DNA of 64,000 nt from positions 29,653 through 93,652 of the forward strand of contig JABHSE010000001.1 in the NCBI GenBank assembly GCA_018697035.1, read 5' to 3'. This document shows positions 43,654 to 51,390 of the stretch, one piece after another (position 1 is the stretch's first letter; each line of letters opens with the position of its first letter). Source of the DNA: an archaeon (GTDB taxonomy: Archaea > Nanobdellota > Nanobdellia > Pacearchaeales > GW2011-AR1). Position numbers and translations under genes: made by a program. Under the pieces are notes generated by a model. It was not told the origin of the DNA. It saw nothing but the letters and a program-made list of their open reading frames with translations, and searched no databases.

Positions 43654-43738
43654 TGTGGGAAGGAGGATTCGAACCCCCGTAAGCAAAGATGCTACTGGAT
43701 CTTAAGTCCAGCCCGTTTGGCCACTCCGGCATTCCCAC
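43654..43738 (-). tRNA. tRNA-Leu (anticodon TAA), long variable arm
   Basis: Reverse complement reads gtgggaa...ctgga-cttaaga-tccag-(long arm)-gggggttcgaatcctcc-ttcccac-a. Confidence 0.75.
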
Positions 43739-43825
43739 ATGGGAGTTGGAGCTTTGAAGAACTTATAAGTTTTATTGTTAACGGTGTTTAGGTATGTTTT
43801 TATAGATAGTTTGGTTTTATGAGTA

Positions 43826-44305
43826 ATGAAGAATAAGAATGTTGGGTTTTTGATTGTTGGAATTTCGATTGTAATTGTAGCTATTGTGCTATTATTTAAT
43901 TCGGGACTGAAAGATATTGTGGATGAGAGTTGTGATCATGGGTCGACTTGTACTATGTATGATACGATTAGGGTTCAGACTGGCTTGAGTGTTATTATTG
44001 CAGGGCTTGTCTTTTTGATCGGATTATTTTTTATTTTGAGCAAAGAGAGTGAGAGGATTGTTGTTAAGCGAGTTAAGGGGAAGATGCGGAAGAAGAGATT
44101 GGATTTGAGTAAGTTGGATGGCGAGGAAAGGCGGGTTGTTGATATTTTAATTAGGGAGAGTGGGGCGTTTTTTCAGAAGAGTGTTATGGAAGAGCTTGGG
44201 TGTGGAAAAGTTAAGATGACTAGACTCGTTGATAAGTTAGAGGCTAAGGGTTTGGTTGAGAGGAAAAGGCGTGGTATGAATAATATCTTGGTTCTGGTGC
44301 GATGA
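43826..44305 (+). CDS. membrane-anchored winged-helix (MarR-like) DNA-binding protein
   Basis: Two N-terminal TM helices. C-terminal wHTH-like RVVDILIRESGAFFQKSVMEELGCGKVKMTRLVDKLEAKGLVERKRRG. Confidence 0.4.
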   Translation: MKNKNVGFLIVGISIVIVAIVLLFNSGLKDIVDESCDHGSTCTMYDTIRVQTGLSVIIAGLVFLIGLFFILSKESERIVVKRVKGKMRKKRLDLSKLDGEERRVVDILIRESGAFFQKSVMEELGCGKVKMTRLVDKLEAKGLVERKRRGMNNILVLVR

Positions 44306-44943
44306 AGAGAAATATTAAGTTGAAACTTTGGAGTTTGTTTGGAGTGTTTGTTTTGATTTTTATCTTTCTTCTGTTATCTTATTTTGTTCAGAATAATTTC
44401 GAGTTTTTTGAGAGGTTGGTCGCGGGTAATTCATGGGGATTGGTGATTTATATTTTTCTTAATTTTTTAGGGACTGTGGTTGCGCCGATTACTGTGATTC
44501 CGTTGATTGTTGTGATTACGGGGATTTGGGGTCCTGTTGTTGCTAGTCTTGCTAGTTGGTTTGCCTGGATACTTGGTTCTATTGTTGCTTTTTGGATTGC
44601 CCGAAGGTTTGGTGTTCCTGCCGTTAGGAGGTTTGTTTCTTTGGATGAGTTATATAAATTTGAGGATAAGTTTTTTATTTTGAAGAGTTTTTGGGGTATT
44701 GTGATTTTGAGGATGGTGATTCCGGTTGAGATTTTGAGTTATGGTTTGGGGTTGTTTAGTAGAGTTGGATTTTGGAAGTATGCTCTTGCTAGTGCTATTG
44801 GGCTTTTACCTGTCACCTTTGCTTTTGGATATTTAGGAATAGTCCCTTTTGTTTATCAAGTTGTTTTGGGACTTGTTGTTTTGATTGGGATTCTGATTCT
44901 GATTATTTTTGGGGAAATTTGGAAAGCTCGTCGGAAGAGCTAA
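44302..44943 (+). CDS. DedA/TVP38/TMEM64 family membrane protein
   Basis: Polytopic, with a DedA-like G-rich re-entrant region (VAPITVIPLIVVITGIWGPVVASLASWFAWILGSIVAFWIARRFG). Confidence 0.55.
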   Translation: MKRNIKLKLWSLFGVFVLIFIFLLLSYFVQNNFEFFERLVAGNSWGLVIYIFLNFLGTVVAPITVIPLIVVITGIWGPVVASLASWFAWILGSIVAFWIARRFGVPAVRRFVSLDELYKFEDKFFILKSFWGIVILRMVIPVEILSYGLGLFSRVGFWKYALASAIGLLPVTFAFGYLGIVPFVYQVVLGLVVLIGILILIIFGEIWKARRKS

Positions 44944-44995
44944 TTGAAACTAGTTTCATCGAAGCGATTATATAGGATTTTGTTTTGTGCTTTAT

Positions 44996-46417
44996 ATGAA
45001 GAAAATTTTTAGGATTGAGGGAATGACCTGTAATTCGTGTGCTAATCTTATTGAGTATAAGTTGAAAGATAAGGTGAAGCATGTGTCTGCTAGTTATTCT
45101 AAGGGAGAAGTCGAGGTTGAATTTGATGAAAATAAGATTAGTGAGAAAAAGATTATTAGCTTAATTGAGGAGGGTGGGGAGTTTAGTATTGTTGAAGAAG
45201 GTAGGACTGAAGATAAGGTTGGCTTGTGGTTTATGATTGGATCTTTTCTTGTTTTGGCGTATTTTGCTTATGGTTGGATTAGTGACTTGGGTTTTTCAAT
45301 TCCTGGTGTTGGAGAGCAGTCTGGGTTTATTATTTTGTTTTTTGTTGGCATTTTAACTGGCTTTCATTGTGTTTCGATGTGTGGAGTTTTTGTTGTTTCC
45401 TATACTACCAGTAATGCGAAGGTTGGACATAAGGGGTTTATGCAACATTTTGTTTATGGTGGATCTAAGGTTTTTTCTTATGCTGTTATTGGTGGTATTT
45501 TTGGTTTGATTGGTGGTATTTTTTCTTTTAGTATTGGGCTTCGTGCCGGTATTGCTATTTTTGCTGGGTTGTTTATGGTGTCTTATGCCTTGAGTATGCT
45601 GGGTGTTGGATTTTTTAGAAAGTTTTCTTTTAACCCTAAGTTTTTGACTAAGTGGGCCGCTAAGACTACTCATGGCGCAAAGGGATTTTATACGGCCCCT
45701 TTTATGACTGGTATACTTAGTGGTTTCTTTATCGCCTGTGGGCCGCTTCAAGCGCTTTATCTTTATGCTGCGGGGACTGGGAGTTTTTGGACTGGTTTCT
45801 TTTCTTTGGGAGCTTTTAGTCTTGGTACTTTGCCAGTATTGATTGGATTTGGTAGTTTGACTTCAGTTATTAGTAAGAAGGCTACTAAGAGGATTTTGAA
45901 AATTGCGGCGGTTCTTGTTTTGATATTAGGACTTATTATGATTAATAGAGGGCTTGTGGTTTTGGGAAGTGATTATAGTTTTGAGGCGATTGCTTCTAAT
46001 ATCGGCGGAGTTAGTGCTGGAGCTACTGCTGCTGGAGCGGCTGTTTTGGAAGGAGATTTTCAGGTGATTAATATGGAGGTTACGCGATATGGGTGGACGC
46101 CAGATACATTTACTTTAAAGAAGGGGGTTCCTGTGAAATGGAATATCGATGTTAAGGAATTGACTGGGTGTAATAATGAGATAATTGTTCGGGATTATGA
46201 TATTGATGCTAAGTTGAAGAAGGGGATGAATGTTGTGGAATTTTTGCCTGATGAGACGGGGACTGTTAGATGGAGTTGTTGGATGGGAATGATTCCTGGG
46301 ACGTTTATTGTGACTGATGATGGTTTGGCTAGTGATACTCAACTAAAGGAGGTTGCTGCGTCTGCTCCTGCTGGTGGTGGCTGTGGGTGTGGAGGAGGTT
46401 CTACTTGTGGCGCTTGA
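44996..46417 (+). CDS. copper-handling membrane protein with N-terminal HMA domain, Cys-containing polytopic core, C-terminal cupredoxin-like domain and CG-rich tail
   Basis: N-terminal HMA GMTCNSCAN. TM core with conserved HCVSMCG and ACGPLQ. C-terminal GTVRWSCWMGMIPGTFIV (COG4633-like plastocyanin fold). Tail GGGCGCGGGSTCGA. Confidence 0.55.
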   Translation: MKKIFRIEGMTCNSCANLIEYKLKDKVKHVSASYSKGEVEVEFDENKISEKKIISLIEEGGEFSIVEEGRTEDKVGLWFMIGSFLVLAYFAYGWISDLGFSIPGVGEQSGFIILFFVGILTGFHCVSMCGVFVVSYTTSNAKVGHKGFMQHFVYGGSKVFSYAVIGGIFGLIGGIFSFSIGLRAGIAIFAGLFMVSYALSMLGVGFFRKFSFNPKFLTKWAAKTTHGAKGFYTAPFMTGILSGFFIACGPLQALYLYAAGTGSFWTGFFSLGAFSLGTLPVLIGFGSLTSVISKKATKRILKIAAVLVLILGLIMINRGLVVLGSDYSFEAIASNIGGVSAGATAAGAAVLEGDFQVINMEVTRYGWTPDTFTLKKGVPVKWNIDVKELTGCNNEIIVRDYDIDAKLKKGMNVVEFLPDETGTVRWSCWMGMIPGTFIVTDDGLASDTQLKEVAASAPAGGGCGCGGGSTCGA

Positions 46418-46418
46418 G

Positions 46419-46583
46419 ATGAAAGAGGATTTGGATTGTCCGATTTGTGAGAAGCAAGTTTTTTCTGGTGCTGGTGAGGGGTGTAAAATGTGCGGAATGA
46501 CTATGGATGAGGGTGATGAACTTTTTTGCTGTGAAATATGTGAGGATAAGTGGGGGTCTATTAATTCGAGGGTTGAAGATTAG
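46419..46583 (+). CDS. small Cys-rich metal-binding protein (TRASH/YHS-like)
   Basis: Cys motifs CPICEKQ...CKMCGMT...CCEICEDKWG. Its start overlaps the upstream stop. Confidence 0.4.
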   Translation: MKEDLDCPICEKQVFSGAGEGCKMCGMTMDEGDELFCCEICEDKWGSINSRVED

Positions 46584-46600
46584 TTAATTTTATATAGTTT

Positions 46601-46616
46601 GTTCACTATTGTTAAC
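46601..46616 (+). promoter_or_regulatory. 16-bp motif GTTCACTATTGTTAAC immediately downstream of a TATA box (site 1 of 3)
   Basis: The same 16-mer recurs at 50143-50158. An inverted-half-site version, GTTAACTATTGTGAAC, is at 6809-6824. Confidence 0.45.
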
Positions 46617-46639
46617 TAATTAAATTTGGAGTATATTAT

Positions 46640-46861
46640 ATGGATAAAGTAAAATTAATGTTTGGAATATTCGTTTCTATAATGTTAGCTTTGACTTTTG
46701 TTTCGGCTGATTCTGGTGACTATGATCATGGAATGGGCGGAATGATGTCCGGTAGCTATGGTTTTGGTGGGATGGTTTTTGGCTGGATTACTGGAATATT
46801 GTTTGTTGCTGTTTTAGTTTTGTTGATTGTTTGGTTAACTAAACAGATACAGAAGAAATAA
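46640..46861 (+). CDS. small membrane peptide with Met/Gly-rich motif (putative Cu-binding)
   Basis: Signal/TM segment, then [19 protein letters not shown] (Met-rich, as in CusF, PcoC and CopB), then a second TM helix. Confidence 0.45.
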   Translation: MDKVKLMFGIFVSIMLALTFVSADSGDYDHGMGGMMSGSYGFGGMVFGWITGILFVAVLVLLIVWLTKQIQKK

Positions 46862-46886
46862 TGGAGCTCAAAGCATAAATAAAATA

Positions 46887-49049
46887 ATGGCAAAAAAAAT
46901 AAAGTTGGACATTGAAGGGATGCATTGTGCTTCGTGCTCGAAGATAGTGACTTCTGAATTGGAGAAGATTGGCGCTAGGAATGTTAGTGTTAACCCGGTT
47001 AGTGGGAAGTCTTTTGCAGAAGTTGATGACAGTGTTTCTTTTGAGCAGATTGGAAAAGCTGTGAAAGATGCAGGGTTTAAGCTGATTGGATTCAGTGAGG
47101 GCTCTGCTTCTGGTGCCCCTTCTTCTTTTAAACCTAGTAATGAAATTAATACTTGGAAGACTAAGTTGATTAGTGTTTGGGGGCTGACCTCTCTTATTGT
47201 AGCTATTATGTATTCTGAATATTTAATTGGAGCACCTCTTGTTCCAATTAAATGGATGATTCCTTTAATGCTGGTTTTGAGTTTTCCAATTATTTTTATT
47301 TTTGGTTTTTCTACTATTAAATCTGGAGCTAGGGGTTTTGTTCGATTGCAGTTTACTATGGATTCTTTGATTGCACTTGGAACTGTCGTTGCTTATTCGA
47401 CTGGTATACTTAGTTATTTTATTGATGTGACGAGTTTTGCCGGTGTGTCAGGAATGATTATGACTATTTTTATTACGGGAAAATTTATTGAGGCTAAGGC
47501 TAAGGGTCGTGCGACTTCGGAAATTCGGAAGTTGTTGGAGCTTGGGGCGAAGAAGGCTTTGGTTTTACGAGGGAAAAAGGAGATTGAGATTGATATTAGT
47601 GAGGTTAAAATTGGGGATGTTATGATTGTGAAGCCCGGAGAGAAGATTCCGACTGATGGCGTTGTTGTCAAGGGTGAGAGTGCTGTTGATGAGTCGATGA
47701 TTACTGGGGAGAGTTTGGCGGTTGAGAAGATGAGGGGGGGAAAGGTCATTGGAGCGACTATTAATCAAGATGGAGTACTTTATATTAAGGCAACTAAGAT
47801 TGGGAGTGATACTTTTTTGTCACATATTGTGAAGTTGGTCGAAGAGGCGCAGGGGACAAAGGTTCCGATTCAGAAGTTGGCGGACAAGGTGACGGGTGTT
47901 TTTGTTCCGGTTATTTTAGTATTAGCTCTTTTGACTTTTTTGGGATGGTATCTTATCTTTGACGTTTCCTTAAGTATTGCTCTTAGTAATGCTATTGCTG
48001 TTTTGGTTATTGCGTGTCCATGCGCCTTGGGGTTGGCAGTTCCTATTTCTTTGATGGTTGGTTCTGGAATGGGTGCGAAGCGTGGCATACTTATTAGAAA
48101 AGGTGAGGCTATTCAAACCATGAAGGAAGTTAAGACGGTTGTTTTTGATAAGACTGGGACGATTACAAAGGGTGAGCCTGAGGTTGTTGAAGTTTCTACA
48201 AAAAATGAAAAAAAGTTGTTTGAAATTGCTGGAAGTTTGGAGAAATTAAGTGAGCATCCTTTGGCTAGGGCTGTTGTTAAGAAGGCTGGACTGAAGAAGT
48301 ATTTGAGCGTTAAGAAATTTAAGGTTATTCGAGGGAAGGGGCTTGAGGGAGTTATTGGAGGGAAAAAATATATTGTTGGCAACGAGGCCTTGATGAAGGA
48401 CAAAAGAATTGCCCTTGGGAGTTATGCTAAGGTGGTTAAGGGTTTTGCTGAGAAGGGATTTAGTGTTATGGTTGTTGTTGAAAATAAAGTAGTTCTCGGG
48501 GCTATGGGAATTGCGGATGCGGTTAAGGAAGATTCTAGAGAGGCTGTTGCTCGGTTGAATCGTGGTGGGTTTAGGACGGTTATGATTACTGGGGATAATG
48601 AGGTTACGGCTAGAGCTATTGCTCGAGAGGTTGGAATTAAGGAGGTTATTGCTGGGGTTATGCCAGGGGATAAAGCGAAAGAAGTTATTAGGTTGCAAAA
48701 GAGTGGTATGGTCGCGTTTGTTGGAGACGGGGTTAATGATGCTGTTGCTTTGAAGGAAGCGAATGTGGGGATTGCTATGGGGGGAGGTAGTGATATTGCG
48801 ATTGAGGCTGGGGACATAGTTCTTGCTAAGGGGAATTTAACTGGGGTTGTTGAGGCGATAAAGTTATCTAATGCGACATTTAGAAAGATTAAGCAAAATT
48901 TGTTTTGGGCGTTTTTTTATAATGTTGTTGCGATTCCCTTGGCTGTTGCGGGTTTTTTGAATCCTGTTGTTGCAGAGATTGCTATGGCGCTTTCTTCTAT
49001 TACGGTAGTCACTAATGCTAATTTGCTTAGGTTTTCTTTTAATTCTTAG
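46887..49049 (+). CDS. copA: copper-translocating P1B-type ATPase
   Basis: N-terminal [19 protein letters not shown] (ACPCALG). [17 protein letters not shown]. Confidence 0.9.
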   Translation: MAKKIKLDIEGMHCASCSKIVTSELEKIGARNVSVNPVSGKSFAEVDDSVSFEQIGKAVKDAGFKLIGFSEGSASGAPSSFKPSNEINTWKTKLISVWGLTSLIVAIMYSEYLIGAPLVPIKWMIPLMLVLSFPIIFIFGFSTIKSGARGFVRLQFTMDSLIALGTVVAYSTGILSYFIDVTSFAGVSGMIMTIFITGKFIEAKAKGRATSEIRKLLELGAKKALVLRGKKEIEIDISEVKIGDVMIVKPGEKIPTDGVVVKGESAVDESMITGESLAVEKMRGGKVIGATINQDGVLYIKATKIGSDTFLSHIVKLVEEAQGTKVPIQKLADKVTGVFVPVILVLALLTFLGWYLIFDVSLSIALSNAIAVLVIACPCALGLAVPISLMVGSGMGAKRGILIRKGEAIQTMKEVKTVVFDKTGTITKGEPEVVEVSTKNEKKLFEIAGSLEKLSEHPLARAVVKKAGLKKYLSVKKFKVIRGKGLEGVIGGKKYIVGNEALMKDKRIALGSYAKVVKGFAEKGFSVMVVVENKVVLGAMGIADAVKEDSREAVARLNRGGFRTVMITGDNEVTARAIAREVGIKEVIAGVMPGDKAKEVIRLQKSGMVAFVGDGVNDAVALKEANVGIAMGGGSDIAIEAGDIVLAKGNLTGVVEAIKLSNATFRKIKQNLFWAFFYNVVAIPLAVAGFLNPVVAEIAMALSSITVVTNANLLRFSFNS

Positions 49050-49125
49050 TGACTTATACTTCGTTAAAAGAACGCTCGTGTACGCTTGTACATGTCGCAA
49101 CCTTTTGCCTTGTCTAAGCCTACTA
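49046..49125 (+). repeat. structured intergenic element, family A copy 4
   Basis: tacttcgtt-aaaag-aacgctcg-tgtac-gctt-gtaca-tgtcgcaac-ctttt-gccttgtctaagcc. Both stems covary relative to A1-A3. Confidence 0.7.
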
Positions 49126-49180
49126 AGAATTGAAAGTAGGATTTAGTAATTGTTATAAAGATTGAGTTGTGTTTATTTTT

Positions 49181-50098
49181 ATGAATAAAGATATTTTTCC
49201 GATTGGAATTGGCGGGTGGGGGATTGGTGGTTTTGCTAAAAAGGATGCTAGTAATGATGAGAAAGATGTTGAGGCTTTGGTTTATTCTTTGTCTAAGGGG
49301 ATGAATTTTATTGAGGTTAATTATTGGAATTCGGAGGGGCATAATGTTGAGCTTTTGGCTGAGGCTATTGATAAGAGTGGAGTAGGTAGAGAGAAGTTGT
49401 TTTTTAATCAGGCTGTTTATAACTATAGGAATGAAACTTTGGAGGATATTGCCGAGGAGATGAAGGTGGTTAGGGAAATTTTGGGAACTGATTATATGGA
49501 TTCTGTTGAGTTTAGTCTTTCTGGGGTTTTGCAGTATGGGTTTGATAATGTTGTGGAATTTTTGAAGGACGTTTTGGCTTCGGGAGAAGCTAGATCGGTT
49601 AGTATTACTAATTCTAATTTAGAGCATTTAAAAAAGTTTAAGGAGATTTTTGGGGATAAGTTTTTTTGTCATGAATTGAATTTTAATTTTGAGATTAGGG
49701 AGATGGAGGATATAGGGATCATCCAGTTTGGTGAAGATAATAATGTTTTGAATGTTTTGTATCAGCCTATTCGGAGGAACAAGACCGCTCTTCGGAATTG
49801 GCCGCTTTTGGTTGAGCTTGGTGAGAAGTATGGGAAGAGTCAGAATCAGGTTATTTTTAATTGGCTTATTGGTCGGGGTTTTTTGCCGATGACTAAGTCT
49901 AGTAATTTGGCGCATATTGATGAGAATATCGGGGCTTTGGATTTTGAGATGGAGGCGGAGGATGTTAAGAGGTTGGATGAGTTTCGGACTGGGTGGGATT
50001 GTCCTGGGGTTGTTTTTGATAATGGGGATGTTTGTGAGGGGAAGGTTGTGGTTCATCAGCTGAGTAATGTTTTTGATGAGGTTTATGATAAGGGGTGA
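49181..50098 (+). CDS. aldo/keto reductase family oxidoreductase
   Basis: N-terminal IGIGGWGIG...GMNFIEVNYWNSEGHNVELL. C-terminal QVIFNWLIGRGFLPMTKSSNLAHIDENIGAL matches the AKR pattern. TATA box at 49151-49160. Confidence 0.55.
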   Translation: MNKDIFPIGIGGWGIGGFAKKDASNDEKDVEALVYSLSKGMNFIEVNYWNSEGHNVELLAEAIDKSGVGREKLFFNQAVYNYRNETLEDIAEEMKVVREILGTDYMDSVEFSLSGVLQYGFDNVVEFLKDVLASGEARSVSITNSNLEHLKKFKEIFGDKFFCHELNFNFEIREMEDIGIIQFGEDNNVLNVLYQPIRRNKTALRNWPLLVELGEKYGKSQNQVIFNWLIGRGFLPMTKSSNLAHIDENIGALDFEMEAEDVKRLDEFRTGWDCPGVVFDNGDVCEGKVVVHQLSNVFDEVYDKG

Positions 50099-50142
50099 TT
50101 TTTTTATGGACTGTTGTCGGTGTTTCCGATAAGGTTATAAAT

Positions 50143-50158
50143 GTTCACTATTGTTAAC
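50143..50158 (+). promoter_or_regulatory. 16-bp motif GTTCACTATTGTTAAC (site 2), between the TATA (ggttataaat) and the cupin gene start
   Basis: Exact repeat of the 46601-46616 site. Confidence 0.45.
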
Positions 50159-50162
50159 TTGT

Positions 50163-50456
50163 ATGAAAAACATTAAGGAAATGATTGAGTATCCTCGTGA
50201 GGGGATTTTGAGTAAGGAAATTTGTAAGGATGATAAGTTGGATTTGGGGCTTTTTTGTATGGCTGCTGGGACTGTTATGGGGGACCATACTTCTGTTAAG
50301 ACTGCTTTTGTTCAGGTTGTTGAGGGGGATGGGGTGTTTAATTTGGAAGGCAAGGACATTGTTATGAAACCTGGTGTTGTGATTCTTATGAAGGCTGGAG
50401 CTGTTCATAATCTTAAAGCGATTGAGAATACGGCTTTTATTTTGGGGTTATACTAG
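50163..50456 (+). CDS. small cupin-domain protein
   Basis: Cupin_2 core GDHTSVKTAFVQVVEGDGVFNLEGKDIVMKPGVVILMKAGAVHNL. Start MKNIKEM at 50163; the TTG at 50151 is unlikely. Confidence 0.45.
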   Translation: MKNIKEMIEYPREGILSKEICKDDKLDLGLFCMAAGTVMGDHTSVKTAFVQVVEGDGVFNLEGKDIVMKPGVVILMKAGAVHNLKAIENTAFILGLY

Positions 50457-50502
50457 AATTGTCTAGGTAAATTTATTAATTGATTTTATGATTGTTTGTT
50501 AT

Positions 50503-50575
50503 GCCTATGTAGCTCAGTTGATAGAGCGCTTCACTCGTAATGAAGAGGTCGTCGGTTTGACTCCGGCCATAGGCT
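50503..50575 (+). tRNA. tRNA-Thr (anticodon CGT)
   Basis: Acceptor gcctatg/cataggc. D arm gctc/gagc. Anticodon stem cttca/tgaag with loop ctcgtaa. T arm gtcgg-tttgact-ccggc. Discriminator t. Confidence 0.75.
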
Positions 50576-50784
50576 TATAGTTTTTCTTTTAGATTGTTCC
50601 CATGTTCTTTTTGACAGGATGAACAGATGTGGTGTGTTTTAGAGGTTTCTCCTTCTCCGGTTCTAATTATTGTTCCTTGTAGCTTGTCTAGAAATATTGT
50701 TTTGATTTCTTGATTACATAGGGCGCATTTTTTCTTCACATGAATTTAAGGAAAGTTAATTTTATAAAAGCTTTTGTTTAAGTT

Positions 50785-50994
50785 ATGAAAATGGAAGGAT
50801 TCGATTTGACCAAGTATCAGGATGATGAGGATGAGCAGAAGAAGATTGCGGGGATTATGGGGAAGATGCTTAGTGGGCGAAGTGATTATGAGGCTATTAT
50901 TGAGAAGAGGGAAGATAGGGTGAAGAAGTGTGAGTGTGGGTGGGCTTTGCAGGGTGGTGAGAAGTTTTGTCCTGAATGCGGATGTAAGTGTTAG
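50785..50994 (+). CDS. small protein with C-terminal zinc ribbon
   Basis: CECGWALQGGEKFCPECGCKC. TATA box at 50760-50770. Confidence 0.4.
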   Translation: MKMEGFDLTKYQDDEDEQKKIAGIMGKMLSGRSDYEAIIEKREDRVKKCECGWALQGGEKFCPECGCKC

Positions 50995-51320
50995 CACCAG
51001 TCGCCTACTCTTTCGGCGTAGTCGCATTTTGTGCATTGTAGTAAGTATACCCAATCCTCATCGCCAAACATCATGCCGAGGTCTACTATTTTGCACTTGT
51101 CGTTTTTGCATTCTTTGCATTTAAATTCGTAGCCTGATAGGTCTTTTTCGGCTATACCTGTTCCGGTTTTGTTTTGCGTAATATTTTCTGTCTCGGCAAT
51201 TAATTCTTTTATGTTATGTTTTGCTTGTAATTTACATTTGTTGCAGGTAAGATATTGTTTGTCATTTTTTATTATTGTTATTAACATATTCTTACATTTG
51301 GGACAGAACTGGATTTCCAT
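50991..51320 (-). CDS. tfs: transcription factor S / RNAP subunit M-like (two zinc ribbons)
   Basis: N-terminal ribbon MEIQFCPKCKNML...CNKCK. C-terminal TFIIS-type ribbon FKCKECKND...CTKCDYA with an acidic GDED loop. 109 aa. Confidence 0.5.
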   Translation of the reverse strand: MEIQFCPKCKNMLITIIKNDKQYLTCNKCKLQAKHNIKELIAETENITQNKTGTGIAEKDLSGYEFKCKECKNDKCKIVDLGMMFGDEDWVYLLQCTKCDYAERVGDWC

Positions 51321-51390
51321 TTTGTTTTATTGCATTGGGAATATTTAGAGTTTTGGGTAGATTTAAAACTTGATTTTTATTCTGGATACT

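Noticed and set aside
43553-43738. 61-aa ORF on the minus strand at 43553-43738.
   Set aside because: It overlaps the tRNA-Leu gene and its downstream repeat. It is an accidental ORF.
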